A DNA stretch of 63,145 nucleotides, filler included, from Sphacelaria rigidula (taxonomy: Eukaryota), in the NCBI GenBank assembly GCA_964200075.2. It is 4 parts of 4 records of this genome, joined end to end, with 100 filler letters (N's around TTAATTAATTAA, not from the genome) between each part and the next. Parts side by side here need not be neighbours in the genome. Positions count along the whole stretch, not along the records: positions 1 to 15,714 come from CAXNAA020001628.1; positions 15,815 to 31,525 come from CAXNAA020001629.1; 2 more parts are not named here. The stretch is one strand, 5' to 3'. The position numbers were made by a program, and so were the translations under genes. The stretch's first letter is position 1. Every line of letters starts with the position of its first letter. The notes under the pieces are model-generated. The model did not search any database. It was not told the DNA's origin and was given only the letters and a program-made list of their open reading frames with translations. Below, one piece after another: positions 12,576-25,046 of this stretch.

Positions 12576-13046
12576 AGTCCGCTCGTTACAGCAAACAAAC
12601 AAAAAGTCCTGCAAAAATGTTTTTTGGTCCTTCTCCATTGTTCTACGCCAAAAATGTGAGCTAGGCTGAGCTTGATACCTTGGGATGACTTGCTGCACTC
12701 GTTGAGACGGTTCCCGGATATCTTCGCGTTGTCCGGTAGCCGCAATTTGCATTTTTGCCAAATTTGCGTTTTTTGGTCAAGAACGGTCAAGATTGGTCAA
12801 GTCTAGGAAAAACTGCCATTTTTCTCTGGACTCGACAGTCTCTGGACAAAAATGCTTGTTTGGCCAAAATAAAAACTGCGGCCACCGGGAAACGCGGAGA
12901 TGTCCTTGAACCGCCTCAACTAGTAGAGCAAGCCATTCCATGGCGTCAAACTCCGCCTAGCTCTCTTTCAGGGCGTGCAACAACGAAAAAGGACCAAAAA
13001 AGCATTTTCGCAAGACCTTCGTTTTGTTTGCCATAAGGAGCGGCCT
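12576..13046. mobile_element. Fold-back MITE (~470 bp)
   Basis: agtccgctc...aaaatgttttttggtcc on the left pairs with ggaccaaaaaagcatttt...gagcggcct on the right; pairing extends ~190 bp per arm. Confidence 0.7.
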
Positions 13047-13099
13047 TGCACTTCCCATCTTAAATTCGGGCCAGCTGGATCCACTCGGAATGCAGACAG

Positions 13100-15660
13100 T
13101 CGGAGAATTCTTTGAGGCGGATGGACAGGTTTCAATCCCACTCGTGTTGTGGCGATGAGGAGGAAATACGGCGACTTCGGGCTGGTGCCCTTCATGTCGC
13201 AATTGTTGGGCGCGATCGCTACCGTTCCCAGTGATTGCGGGATGACGCCTCGGCCTCGCGTCGACTGCACGACGAGTTTGTCCCGCTTGGTATATCGGCT
13301 GTCGGGCAAACAAAGCCCAAGGGTGGCTAGGAATCCCTTCTCTTCCCTGGTGACACCGTGAGATTTCAGCACCTAGGTGAGCATGAACTCGTGGGGAGCC
13401 CTGTACGCTTGCTGTAGCATACCTTGACGAACATTGTCGCCACGAGGTACTAGAGTGCTCCTTCCTTTGTAGTGCCGTTGTCTCCCATGCATCAGGGGCT
13501 GGACACGGGACACTTTCGTTATGCACGCGTATGCTCCGGCTTCCATCACCTACCGATTCTCCCAAGAAGAGAATCACGACATTGGCGCATGTTCTCCCCA
13601 CCGTCAAACCCCATGGCATAGCGAAAGACTGCCCGGAACAAATGGCTTACCGTCACAGGCAAAGCCGCGACATATTAACGCGGTGAGATGAGGTCCCCGT
13701 CGATACCGTCTGGAAGTACCATTCCTTGACTCACGTTTTTCAGGTCCAGAGACCAGACCGTGTCCTCGCGCATGATTCACCCAGCTCTTTGTATGGCCTC
13801 TTCGCGTTGCCGAGGAGGAAGAGAGGTGGTCGTGGTTGTTGCCCCCGATTCCCAAAAGGTTCCCTATACACCAATTATCTGCTGCACCGCGGTCAGTTGA
13901 CGTTCGAGGTCGGCGATACTTCCTGCCCTCTTCCTGACGACGAGGGCGACCTTTTCTGTAAACTCTGTATCGGGAAGCTCCGAGGGATGATTTTTTTTTT
14001 TTATCTGCGCAACATCAACCCCTGAGGAACCGTCGCCCCGCAGGATCACCGAGGAGATGTCACTCAGGCGCTCACCGATGTACGCCATCATAATTTGGGG
14101 CGTTGTCCGCAAGTACCTCGGATTAGCATCCGGGCACTTGTCTTCCTCCCCAGATTCGAGTCGCCACGCCCCCACTTCCCCACTCTGAACCACAACTCCT
14201 GCATGCACTGTCGCTTGCACAAACTCTATGGTGCGACACACCTCCCGTTCTTCCCCCCTTACTGGGGCTTCACAGTTGACGGATGTATGCTGCCGTCCCT
14301 TCACGTTTCCCTTCCGCAAGGCTTCAGTATAGGCGCAGTAGCAAGGATTGCACAAAGTACTGTTCGCCCCCAGTGTCTTGTTCCCCCTGAGAGAGGAGCA
14401 GCGTAGCGGGTCCCCCCCCCCAAGCGTGAAGAACTACGTCATTGCACAGCACGTAGCACACTGGCCAGACCCCACCATCGGCTCTCTTCCGTTCTTGTCT
14501 GCACATGTCACCCTTCTTTGCTTCACGTGGGGTTCTGAAAATTCGAAACCTGGGATAGGTAAATTGAACAGTCGACTGTCAAGAACAGTTAGTCCGATGT
14601 GGGCTCGTGGGCGCTGGTGATCACTGTTGGTGACCGGTCTTTCCCGTTTGCCTTCCACCGCCGCAGGGCGGAGTTTCTGCCGCGAAAGTCAGTGGTGATG
14701 GCAGCCGTCTGTTGCGCTGCACGTGACTCGTCGTACACTATAGGCACGAACCTACCAACCCGGGTGCCGGCCGCCCCACATTCAGTCTCGCCAAACTGCG
14801 GCCCTCTACCCTTCCGATATCGGTGCGGATGTTGCCCTCGTACGACGCGCCGGGGAATACTGCGGCCTTTCTGCGGGCGACACACCGGTGTGCTTTTGGT
14901 GATGGCCATCACGCACCCTTCGCCTCGACCGTCTCCTGAGGTCATCATTGAGGCTGTCCTCGTGCACCGTCTCGTGCGTTCCAAGCATGCCGGCGCCCGA
15001 TTCCGTCTGCGAATTCGCGGAGCAGAGGTCGCCTTGTTTGGAAGTGGGTGCCGCGTCTGCCGTATCCGCTCGAGGGCTACCCGTCAATCCGCCGCGACCG
15101 GAGCTACGGAGCGGCCGCTCGTACAAGGCACCGTCTAGTGAACTGGCCCCGGTGCCATCGGGCATGGTCCTCTTCGGCCTCAATTTTCGGTCCATTGACC
15201 CAACACGATACCCACCAGTAACCACCAGCGCGACCGTCATCTTTTTTTTTCCATGCGCATAGGTGGACTCCCGCAGACATGGGATGTGAGTTCGGTGTTG
15301 AGGCGTTGACCATCGGCTTCCTCTGGACTTTCCCCGTCGCCGGCGACAAAAGAAGCGACGGAACTTGATACAGCATCACCGCCTTGGGTCAAGGATGACA
15401 ACGAGGGCCCCGTGGTCACTGCTCACGCTTAGCAGAAGTAAGTCTGCCTGGCTTTCGATTCATCGATCTGTGAATTATGCAAGGGGCAGCGTGCCCCTAC
15501 GTCTTGAGGAAGCCTCAGCCGACGAACGTCCGTATCCCGGCTTCTGCAAGACGACCCTGCAACCGTGCGTTCGGTGGGTTCTTCTGCAGAGTATCCCTCT
15601 GCCGCGAGGCGAGTGTCTACGAGGCTTCCGGTCAGCACCTTCAGCCGGCCGTGAAAACGT
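13100..15660 (-). pseudogene. Decayed GC-rich coding relic, possibly retroelement gag-like
   Basis: Minus-strand protein-like fragments, including a helical segment (EFTEKVALVVRKRAGSIADLERQL) and a zinc-knuckle-like NNCDMKG(H). No intact ORF or diagnostic domain. Confidence 0.25.
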
Positions 15661-15714
15661 AGTCTAGCAAATAATCGAAATAATGTTGACCACGGGGAGG
15701 GGGGGGGGGCGTAC

Positions 15715-15814
15715 NNNNNNNNNNNNNNNNNNNNNNNNNNNNNNNNNNNNNNNNNNNNTTAATTAATTAANNNNNNNNNNNNNNNNNNNNNNNNNNNNNN
15801 NNNNNNNNNNNNNN
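15715..15814. other. Assembly gap with artificial TTAATTAATTAA linker
   Basis: 100-nt block: 44 N + ttaattaattaa + 44 N; the same construct occurs three times. Confidence 0.95.
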
Positions 15815-15916
15815 ATTGACGTACACTCCCAGAGTACGAGGCGTCTGATGTTTTTGCAACGGCAGCAGAAGGCAGTCTCGTGACAGCTCAGGGCGTGCGT
15901 ACTGCCACCCCAGCTG

Positions 15917-16740
15917 CCGCGAAACGCGAGGCTGCCTTCTGACCCGCTTACAAATGACGGTATATGCCTGGTGCTGGGTTTTCCAAGTACAGGCTGTACT
16001 TGTACCGTAGGACCGTAGTTGCTTTACAAATACTACTGCTGTATCCTGCAGCACACTGGTGGTGCACTGTGACTGTTGTTGTGGTGACCACAGACAGTAC
16101 ACTCGTACTACTTTGTACACACTACTTAATACTCTGCTGCACTGCCTTGGTGCTGTACTAATGTCCTATTCGTATTTTATCCGTCATCTCGGAAGAAAGA
16201 AATGCTCCCGTGTCGTACGATACTACCGTATGGTGGGAAACCGTAGCGAGTTTTTTCCGTTGTGTACTGGTAGCTGGCTGGACTTAGACGAGAACGGTGG
16301 TCACCACAACAACTGACAGTCACAGTGCACCACCAGTGTGCTGCAGGATACAGTAGTAGTATTTCTTAAGTAACTACTGTACTACGGTATAAGTACAGGC
16401 TGTACTTTGGAAACGTAGTACGAGGCATATACCGTCATTTGTAGGTGGGTCAGAAGACAGCCTCGTATTTCGCGGCGGTGTTTTCCGTTCTGTCTGTACT
16501 TCTTCACCGTGTAGGGTTCAACGAGACTTCGTATATGGCACATGCATATGGATGGGACATGACGCGCAGACTGAAGAGACAAGCCCCAGAAAATGTTGCG
16601 GTAGCTGGTACACAGTGCAGCTGTTCGTGAGATGCAGATTGACGGCTGGAACGGCGGTCAGTGCAACAGTACAGTACAGCGCCAAGGCGGTGCAGCAGAG
16701 TATCAAGTAGTCTTGACAAATAGTACGACTGTGCTGTCTA
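15917..16740. repeat. Interleaved inverted repeats
   Basis: 15917-16090 is the reverse complement of ~16297-16478, and ~16095-16160 is the reverse complement of ~16670-16738. Confidence 0.75.
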
Positions 16741-17709
16741 CCACCCCAAAAGTAGAGGCTGTACTTTTGCAAAAATCCGTGACGCTCAAATTCAAAAGTC
16801 ATGGGCTTTCGAATTAAAAGAAAGAACGTCGCCAGATCGGTCATAATAAAAGGTGTGGGTGGATTCTTATTTCCCCCCATATAGGTGGATATACTTTTTG
16901 CGGCGCACGTAGCCGCAAGGTTATGACGAAGACCGAAAGTTTCATCCAATCTAGACTCAGGTACAGGGTGCGCATTAGGTAATGTACATCTGATGTAGCA
17001 AGCAATATGGGTCGCCTTATAGAGCTTTCGACAGGATGCGGCGACCGGCGGGCCGCCCGCCACTTTTGGCTTTGGATGATATCATTGTCCCCATCACCTC
17101 GCCACACAGCCCTTTGTGGTCGGGGTGGGCCGCGATTTTGCTCTATATTGCAAGTGGCAAAATCTCTTCGAACGGTATCAACGTTGCGGCGCGCATACAC
17201 ACTGTACAGTACAGTACAACAGTACAGTACGCCTCTCCGACTGCAGCAGCAGCTGCTGCTGCATACTCCCTTGCACGTTTTGGGCAGTTCTCAGCAACCG
17301 AGATCAGTACAAGTACAACAGTACGTACCAATTGTTTCCCCCTGTATTGCTTCTTCTTCTTCTCGCTCGGAAGGCGGCCCGCGTTTCGACCTGCGACAAT
17401 ACCCATACCCCCTTGCGCGTGACTGCCGCCCACCTTGAAGTCGCTGGTCTGTTCGCGTGCTGTTTTACCGTCTCAGTATCACTTGTTTCTCACCCTAGCT
17501 TGCTAAATTAGAACGGCGCATGATTTCTCATTATGCTCCTTTTCCATCATAACAAAGGAAGGGAAGAAAACAAAATTGGAAGCGCGACGCAAAGCAGAGC
17601 GATCGATTTGTTCAGAGTAACCTCGTGGATCGTATTTCCGAGGCACACGACGGAACCAAAAAATCGCGGTTTGAATCAGTTGTGCGTCCAGCCTTATACA
17701 ACATATCAC

Positions 17710-18610
17710 ACCCTGGACAACACAATATGTAATATATATTGCTCGCTCAATATGTAATATATATTGCTCGCTCAATATATCGACGCGTCGGATGGTCAAG
17801 TATATATTGGGCGAGCAATATGATGACCCGAGATAGGGTTATATCAAGGCTCGCGACATGCAATATATATTGACGGAACAATATATCACGACACGCGCCA
17901 CCTCAAAATATATTGGCCCGAGTAATATGTTGGTGCGAGAAGGCACCGATGTACATTTGTCGAGTAATTTATTTGCTGCCACCCGAGATTAATACATATT
18001 GACGATTCAATATACTCGACACCCGAAGCGCCAATATATATTGCCGCCCCAATATGTCGTGTGTCAATGGGTCCAATATGTATTGGGCGGACACTACACG
18101 AGGGAGCCGACGGTCACAATACATGTTGGTGTAGCAAAATATATTGATTTTCAACATATAGATTGGAAAGTGTATCGGAATTAGCATAGTGGGTAGTTCT
18201 TTGTTCGCGGGCGCCATTCAAAGACGTATTTTACATGCCGAAAATGCTCAATGTATTCCTCCGCAAGCGTGTTCAATATATTTTGGCTGCACAAAAGCTA
18301 TCCGACCAGCGTGCGCAAGATATATTATGGTAACAATATGCTAGGCATCGCCTCGACTCAATATATATTGACACTTCAATACATACACGGTCGGCATGCA
18401 CAATATATGTTGAATGTTCATTCTCGGAGCAACTGCATGTCCAATATGTATTGACGTACATTACTTCATGATCATGACATGAGCAACATATGTTGTTGCT
18501 TCAATATCTCCGAGGACATCTCAACACAATATATATTGAAAGGACAATTTTGCGCTGGCTCCAATACGAAGTATCGGTATCATATTGGAACATATTGTAT
18601 TGTCCAGGGT
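17710..18610. mobile_element. TIR-bounded non-coding element carrying a CRISPR-like repeat/spacer array
   Basis: 21-bp TIRs accctggacaacacaatatgt (17710-17730) and acatattgtattgtccagggt (18590-18610) match at 20/21. The interior is ~16 units of CAATATATATTG-N6-CAATAT plus a unique spacer, at a 42-43-bp period. Confidence 0.85.
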
Positions 18611-19136
18611 ATAAGCAAGACAGCAAAGCTGGGGGGAGGAGGGGAGGGGTAGGGAGCAGGAATGAATCACATGGATGAAAAATTACTCGAACGACGCCTG
18701 CACCACCCGACCAGCCAATAAAACGATGCCATCTAACCCGTGAGATGCAGCATATCAGTACACCCCGTAACCACAGGGATACCAAAAGGCGCATATCGAC
18801 CCGCGTTTTCTGTCTTCGTGATGTTTAGCCAAGGTATTTATACTACATGCTGGAAAGGGGATGGGCGGCCCCGCACCGGTGGCCAGATAGGTATCAGGAG
18901 GCATGTATTCCGGGTCGCCTCTTCTGTCACCATTTTTTTTATCAGTATACGTATATATATATATATATATATATATCAAACGCATTCGACGACTTTCCTG
19001 AGTAATGCAAGCGAACTTCTGCAGCTCCCTTTGAAGCTTTTCCCAATCTGCACGGGCTCCGGCATCCATCGCGTTTGGATCTCTCTCAAAGCGTACACCA
19101 TACTTGAAATATCCAATATATTTCGACCGGCCAATA

Positions 19137-19495
19137 CATGTTTCCCAATTTTTATCTAGGCAGCATGCATCATTGGCACATGTCCCCGGCCTTCCATTCA
19201 TGCGTCATGAATAACAGGAACATGTTTCTTCTTTTCCATCCATGCAGCATCAATCACAGGCACACGTTGCCCACCTTCCACTCATACGAGGTGAATCAAG
19301 TGCACGTGTCCCCCAATTTTCACTCATGCAGTAAGAATTCCACGTACATCTTCCCCACTTTCCATTCATACGATATGAATCATTGCACATGTTTCTCACT
19401 TTTCATTTATGGAGCATGAATCATACGTACATGTTCCCCACTTTGTTTTTATACGAGACGGATGCAGTGCACGTATCCAACTTTTCATCTCATGG
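19137..19495. repeat. Degenerate ~42-bp minisatellite (~9 units)
   Basis: Consensus ~acatgttyccyacyttycattcatrcrrbrtgaatcanrngy, units starting ~19137, 19178, 19220, 19262, 19304, 19346, 19387, 19430 and 19471. It resumes at ~21342-21478. Confidence 0.8.
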
Positions 19496-20969
19496 GGTGA
19501 CTCTTCGGTTGCGCGGCTTATTTGCAAGTAGGGTAGACAAATGGAGCGTGCAGGTCGCAAGCACCTTCAGATCCAAATCCACAATAAAACCAATTGTAAC
19601 TATTGTACTCACACTTAACACGACACGACAAATACAGCACAACACACGCGTCTGCGTGCCCAAAGCGGGTCCTGGAGTTATTTCGGTTCCCGAGCTTAAC
19701 CAGTGGAGGTCTTGCTGCGGTTTCATGTTCCTTTCGCGGCACAGCTGACCTGACTATGTCAACTAATGCGAAGACAACTTCAGACAGCACCAGTACTGCA
19801 AGAGGCGGTCCTGTATGTTAGCGTGAGTTTCTGGAAACACTCCGGCAGCGCTCACTGCATTCAGCGGATAGTACAGTCAGCACAGAACAGGTTGGTACTC
19901 TGCAATTTATACGGGGGGCATTATAAAACTGCAAGACAGGCTGGTTCACGCAAATCACCCAAAATTGTGTCAACAGCAAATGCCTTTCGCGATACCTATC
20001 CAATAGTCGCATACATGACATCACACTGACCGCCATGGAAAGCTGAAGAGCGTGACATGGGCAAATTTTTATGTAACAACATAGTGGTAGCGGTAAGAGC
20101 GAAAATGTATATTGGCCAATCAGCGCCCGTCAAATTGTTCCAACATCAAAATTACGAATTCCAAGCCCAATTTCCACCAAATCTCTTCATGCTTCAAACC
20201 GTTGTAAATGTCATCGGCTCGGGAATCTAACGAACAAAATGTATTTTAGAACGGTTACCACGAGGATCGAATTATACCCCAAGCCGTGATGTTTCGGTGA
20301 TGTTGGGTGTTAGCGTCGTCTAATTTCCACTAATGATACGCACGAAAGACCCAGCGAGCCTCGTGACGGTGTCCCCTATATCTGTTGTAGAACAGCTTAG
20401 ATCGCCCTCGAACTTGGCAGCTCCGGGGTGGTGATGCTCCAAACGAAAAAATCGTATTCTTCACAATATTTCATGGTGTCTACGTTCTCTACCGGCTTAT
20501 GGGGGTCCCCGTATGAAGACCCCCGGAATCCGGTAGAGAATGCCCTAAAAGAAAAATGATGGATTGATGTGTCCCGGGATAGTCCAAGGAATACATGTAC
20601 AAAGTTTGGTGGAGAAACTCGAAAACCTCATACCGTTTTTCTTGCCTTGACATGACTTTCACCCCAAAAGATGTTTCCGTACTAAAACAAGTAGTCAGGA
20701 GTTGGATCCAAGACAATTTTCTAAGTAATCGTCATTCTGGGACCCCGGAGAACCGGCACTACGATATTTTTTACAAACTGTTTTGTGGACGAGCTGTCGC
20801 TGCATAACCCAAGGGAGGGCCTCACAAACTTTTGTCGCAAAAACTCGATCAACTGACGCTTCAATTTTCATGTTCACCCCAAAGAAGGTCCAAAAATGCC
20901 GTTTTGGTACTGAAGTCAAGTAATTTGCGGTTACACGGCGGCACGTCAAAGTTCCTCGCACAAAAGCGA

Positions 20970-21253
20970 CAAACCTCACGCCGTTTCAAGGAGTTAGACC
21001 CTGAAATTTTGCACAACTGTGCAATGGGTCATTGCGCAACTTTAGATGAACGAGGGTTCTTCAGTGATTTTTCTTCACCGTTTTACGGGGGTCCGATTAG
21101 ATCGATGCTTCCCGAAAAAAACTGGGACCCCCGAAAAACAGTGGAGAAAATCCAAAAGGCCGAAAAACCTCGACCTTCAAAAGGTGCGTAATGCCCCATA
21201 GAACATCTGTGCAAAATTTCAGCATCTAACTCCTTGAAACGGCGTGAGGTTTT
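20970..21253. mobile_element. Fold-back element (~285 bp), family shared with ~1240-1370
   Basis: aaacctcacgccgtttcaaggagttaga pairs with tctaactccttgaaacggcgtgaggttt. A similar arm (aaacttcacgccgttttctggagttggaccctgaaa) lies at ~1247. Confidence 0.75.
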
Positions 21254-21934
21254 GCCGATGAGTGTTTTTTGGGTGATGAGCCTGAACCATCCTCTACGAA
21301 ACCTTTTATTCAAATAACATGGATCATCCGTAAATGATCCCGTTCCATTCATGCAGCATGAATCAAGCGTACATGCTCCTCACCTCCATTCATACAAGGT
21401 GAATTAGGTGTATCTCTTTGAGCGTGATTAATGTGAGATGAATCAAGTGTACATGTTTTCCACAAGTGATTCATACAACTATTGTGATTTAGCAATATTT
21501 TTCACGCTTGATTTGTGTTGCACTACTTGGAATGTACACATTCCCAGTTCATGGTTTGTGCGGCACGGTTTTGAGCGTGCAACTTCACAACCCGTGATTC
21601 ATACGATACGACGCTTTGATCCATGAAGAGTCAACCCGTACGAACTCTGATTTGATCAAATCGTGAAATGGGGTAGACTGAGAGAAAGAGAAGAGAAAAA
21701 AAGAGCTGAAAGTTATGGGCCTCTGCAAGATGGCTTCGGCGGCCAGGATCTTGCTTGCGCAAAAGCACACAACCACACCCAATCGTGAGAACAGAAGGCC
21801 GCGGGACCACGTTGCGGCTGATCTCTTTAGGCCTCACTATTCTGGGTATGAAGCTCTCCTCTATGAAGATAACGAGAGCAAGGCATCAAGGTACTACTTC
21901 AATGCACCGGGAGGAAAGGGTGCATATATATACT

Positions 21935-22274
21935 TGTGTGTCGTGTGTGTTGTGTGGGTTGTCGTCCCATTTATTCCGGGCGCCACTCTACACGGTATAT
22001 GTGGGCGCATCAGCCGGGGTCACACAGGAGGAAGGTCAACACAAGGGCTTTTTTTTATTTGTTTTCGATACCCCACCTTCCTTCCGCGGTGCTTGCCTTT
22101 TATTTTTTTCGTGAGAGGGGTTCAGCAGTCCCTTCCCTGTGTACCCACGACAGGGTCGCTCTCCACTTTTGGGCATGGTGTGAGAAAAGATCCGAGAGCG
22201 CTCCGGGAATCGAACCCCACTACTCAACCGTCAAAAGGTTACGAGGTTACCACCTGAGCCACCGGGGCGACCGG
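21935..22274 (-). mobile_element. SINE family B
   Basis: Same body as other copies; minus-strand tRNA-like head ccggtcgccccggtggctcaggtggt...gggttcgattccc. A further partial copy lies at ~22737-22853. Confidence 0.7.
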
Positions 22275-25046
22275 TTCATATACCTAGAGAAAAAAATGAG
22301 GAAAGAAAGGGAGAGCAAAGTAGGAGACTACAGAGATGATGAAACCCGACAGATATTATACCATTCAAATTTCACTTAATGAAGTTGGTTTCTGCTCAAA
22401 TTCGACTAACGGCTTCTGGCGACTCTATTTTTGCGACTCATTTTTTGCTAGCGGATCCTACGTCCTTACGTTTGGCAGCCGGCAACGTAGTTTTTCAGGG
22501 GTCCTACTAGCGATATCAACTTACTGTTCACTCGAGCAGAGTTTCCAGGTGAAAATTATGGCGATCGCCTCACCTGCTATTCGCCCAGATGTTGTAGACT
22601 CCTTCACGACGTCACTGAGTAACATTACATACATGTCGAAATGTACCAGGCCCTGCATTATACGTCAAACTGTACCAGACCGTGAGCACAGATTTCTACA
22701 GTCAGTACGGACATGATGCTAAAAGTGTACTGCGCACAGTGTTTTGAGTGTTTTGTCGTCCCATCTATTCTGGACGCCGGTCTTCATCTTTTGGTATATG
22801 TGGGCGCACCAGCCGGGGTCACAGAGGAGAAAGGCCAACACAGGAGGTTTTCTAGGTAGGCAGCCATCACAGGGGCGGAGGCGGCCACCATGCGCCACCT
22901 GGGGCAAACGCACGCTGTAGCTGCAACACGGGCGACTTTACAACATGTGGCGTGGCGATATAGCGCGTAGCGAGGGGTGATATCCCGCGCACCCGCGCAC
23001 ACGTTGGCCGCAGGTACAAGCGGCTGCGCTCATGATGTGGTGAATCGCATAGGACAGCGCGAAATCAATGCAGGGCAGGGGTAGGCTAAGGATGTCACGT
23101 CCTGCGGTGTGCTCTGTCACCTTGCACCCTGTCGCTGTGCAGTGAGAATGTAGTACCGCCGAAGGCGTCACGCTGCGGTTGGTACGCAGTGTACGCAGTG
23201 TCGAACACAGCAGCACGGGTATTGTAAATACATGCACACGTCTTCCAAGATCGATGCGCGCACACACAGCAACTACTATCGCCATCCACCATCGATCAGG
23301 TGGGTAACCCCCCTCCTCAGATAGGGTACCCGGGGGTCTCCCCCCCCCCTCTCTTCCTACGACACCAGAATGAGGTTTGGGCGACATGGGGGGGGCGTGC
23401 CGTCATTTTCCGATATGGTGTCCCTCGGCTCAACATACAGCTGCTTGACGCTTGACGTTGCCTCCTGTCTGAGAAACAGTTGTTTGCAACTTTTGGTGTG
23501 TGGCATACCGGGAAGCAAGTCCTGTACATGTACTTGAAAGCAGGCATGGCAGCGGCTGGGACAAGTGCCGGACGAACCAACGGGAGTTTGCTGGGAAACG
23601 ACTCGCGTCTCAGCGCTGGCTTGCTGTGGGCCCTTGCGAATGTCGGGCGGCGGCGATAACACGAACACGATTTATGCTTCAATACAGCTTTATGCTTCCG
23701 TGCAAGGACGCGTCACCATACCTCGGGTGCGTGCGGCAGACCTTCATTTTAGAGCCACTTCTAAGGACCCGGTCGGGACCACTCCGGATTTATCGCCGCA
23801 ATTCAAGGGCGCGATGTCACAAACACCGAAATTAATTAAAATTAAAAGCGCCCTGACCACAGGGCAACCCATACAGCGAAACCAGTACAAAACCACACCA
23901 GGGAGCACCGGAAAACCACCGACCGGAGACACAATCAACAATCGATTGGAAGAGAAAGGAGTACATCGGTTTCTATATTTGCCCAATTCCTCGCATTCAT
24001 CCCTAGTCAGGCGCAAAGCGGGCAATTATTTCGGTCTTCTCCATCTTCGATTTGTCGCTGCTGTTGCTCTTACTGTGCTACCGAGGGAAGTTACCCAATC
24101 GGCGGCCCACGACACATCAGGTCCTCGTTTGTGGCGGTGCCTTTGCGTCGCTACGTGTCCTTGAACTCTTCCACCCCTTTTCCGACTCCAAGATGCTACT
24201 CGCCTTCGCGGCAGTGACCCAATCGTGCGCATTTGGACCTCTACACCGTAAACGATCCATTTCCGTCGCGCTCCTATGCGTGGTAGAGCTCATAGTGCAC
24301 GTAGGTATCTCCTTGAGGTCTTCCCCATAGTGTTTGGGGCGGCTGCCAGCCTCCTTGGGCCCTTGTGCGGCTGACAGTCCGTGGTGATGCCTTTGGACAG
24401 GCGCGTTTCGTTCTACAGGACAAAGCCCCCCGCGAACCACAGTTGACGCTGCGGTACATTTTCTGTTGGTCATCTCGGGCACAGCTCTGTACGGAAGAGT
24501 CTTGCAGCCCGTTCGATTTTCCTGCAGAATCCAACCACGTGTAGCAAAAGCTGGTGATGTGCAGTGCGCAGACTGTCGATGTCCTCGGAACGTACGGTTC
24601 ATGTGGCACATCGTTTCGAAAGAGCTTCCGCCACCTATGCTTTCAGCAGCCGAGCTTCCAAAGATAGCTGAGCGTTGATATGATCGTGGAGTGGAGAACG
24701 ATACTTTCGCAGACGTGCTCACGGCACGCTGATGCGGTGGTTGATTTTGATTGAAACCTTCGCATCCACGCTGGCAGCACGAAGGTAGACAGAGTTGGCT
24801 GCCTGCTTGTACCGTTGACTTGCCGCCCTGATATGCAGGGCGATCTCTGTGGAACCGGATACTAACCACAGGTGCATGTTACTTTCGTTTTTACTCTGTC
24901 GTCAGGTGGAGCAATGGAATGAATGGAAGAGCAGGTGGACGTGAGCAGAGCATGACGTAGACCCGTCCTTGGATACTGTACGAGGCTGAAAACCTCACGC
25001 CTGCAGAAAGGTGGAGGTCTGCTCATAGCACGCCGAGAGTGGTATA

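Noticed and set aside
15715-15814. TTAATTAATTAA motif inside N runs (also 31526-31625 and 47337-47436)
   Set aside because: Identical 100-nt construct with stops in all six frames; an artificial contig joiner. Adjacency across these gaps is not guaranteed.
17710-18610. Calling the array a bona fide prokaryotic CRISPR
   Set aside because: Repeats are degenerate with a variable internal segment, spacers are only ~18-19 nt, there are no cas genes, and the context is eukaryotic and TIR-bounded. Reported as CRISPR-like only.
24117-24869. 250-aa minus-strand ORF upstream of the EsV-1-7 gene
   Set aside because: No recognisable domain or repeat motif; consistent with a chance ORF in GC-rich DNA.
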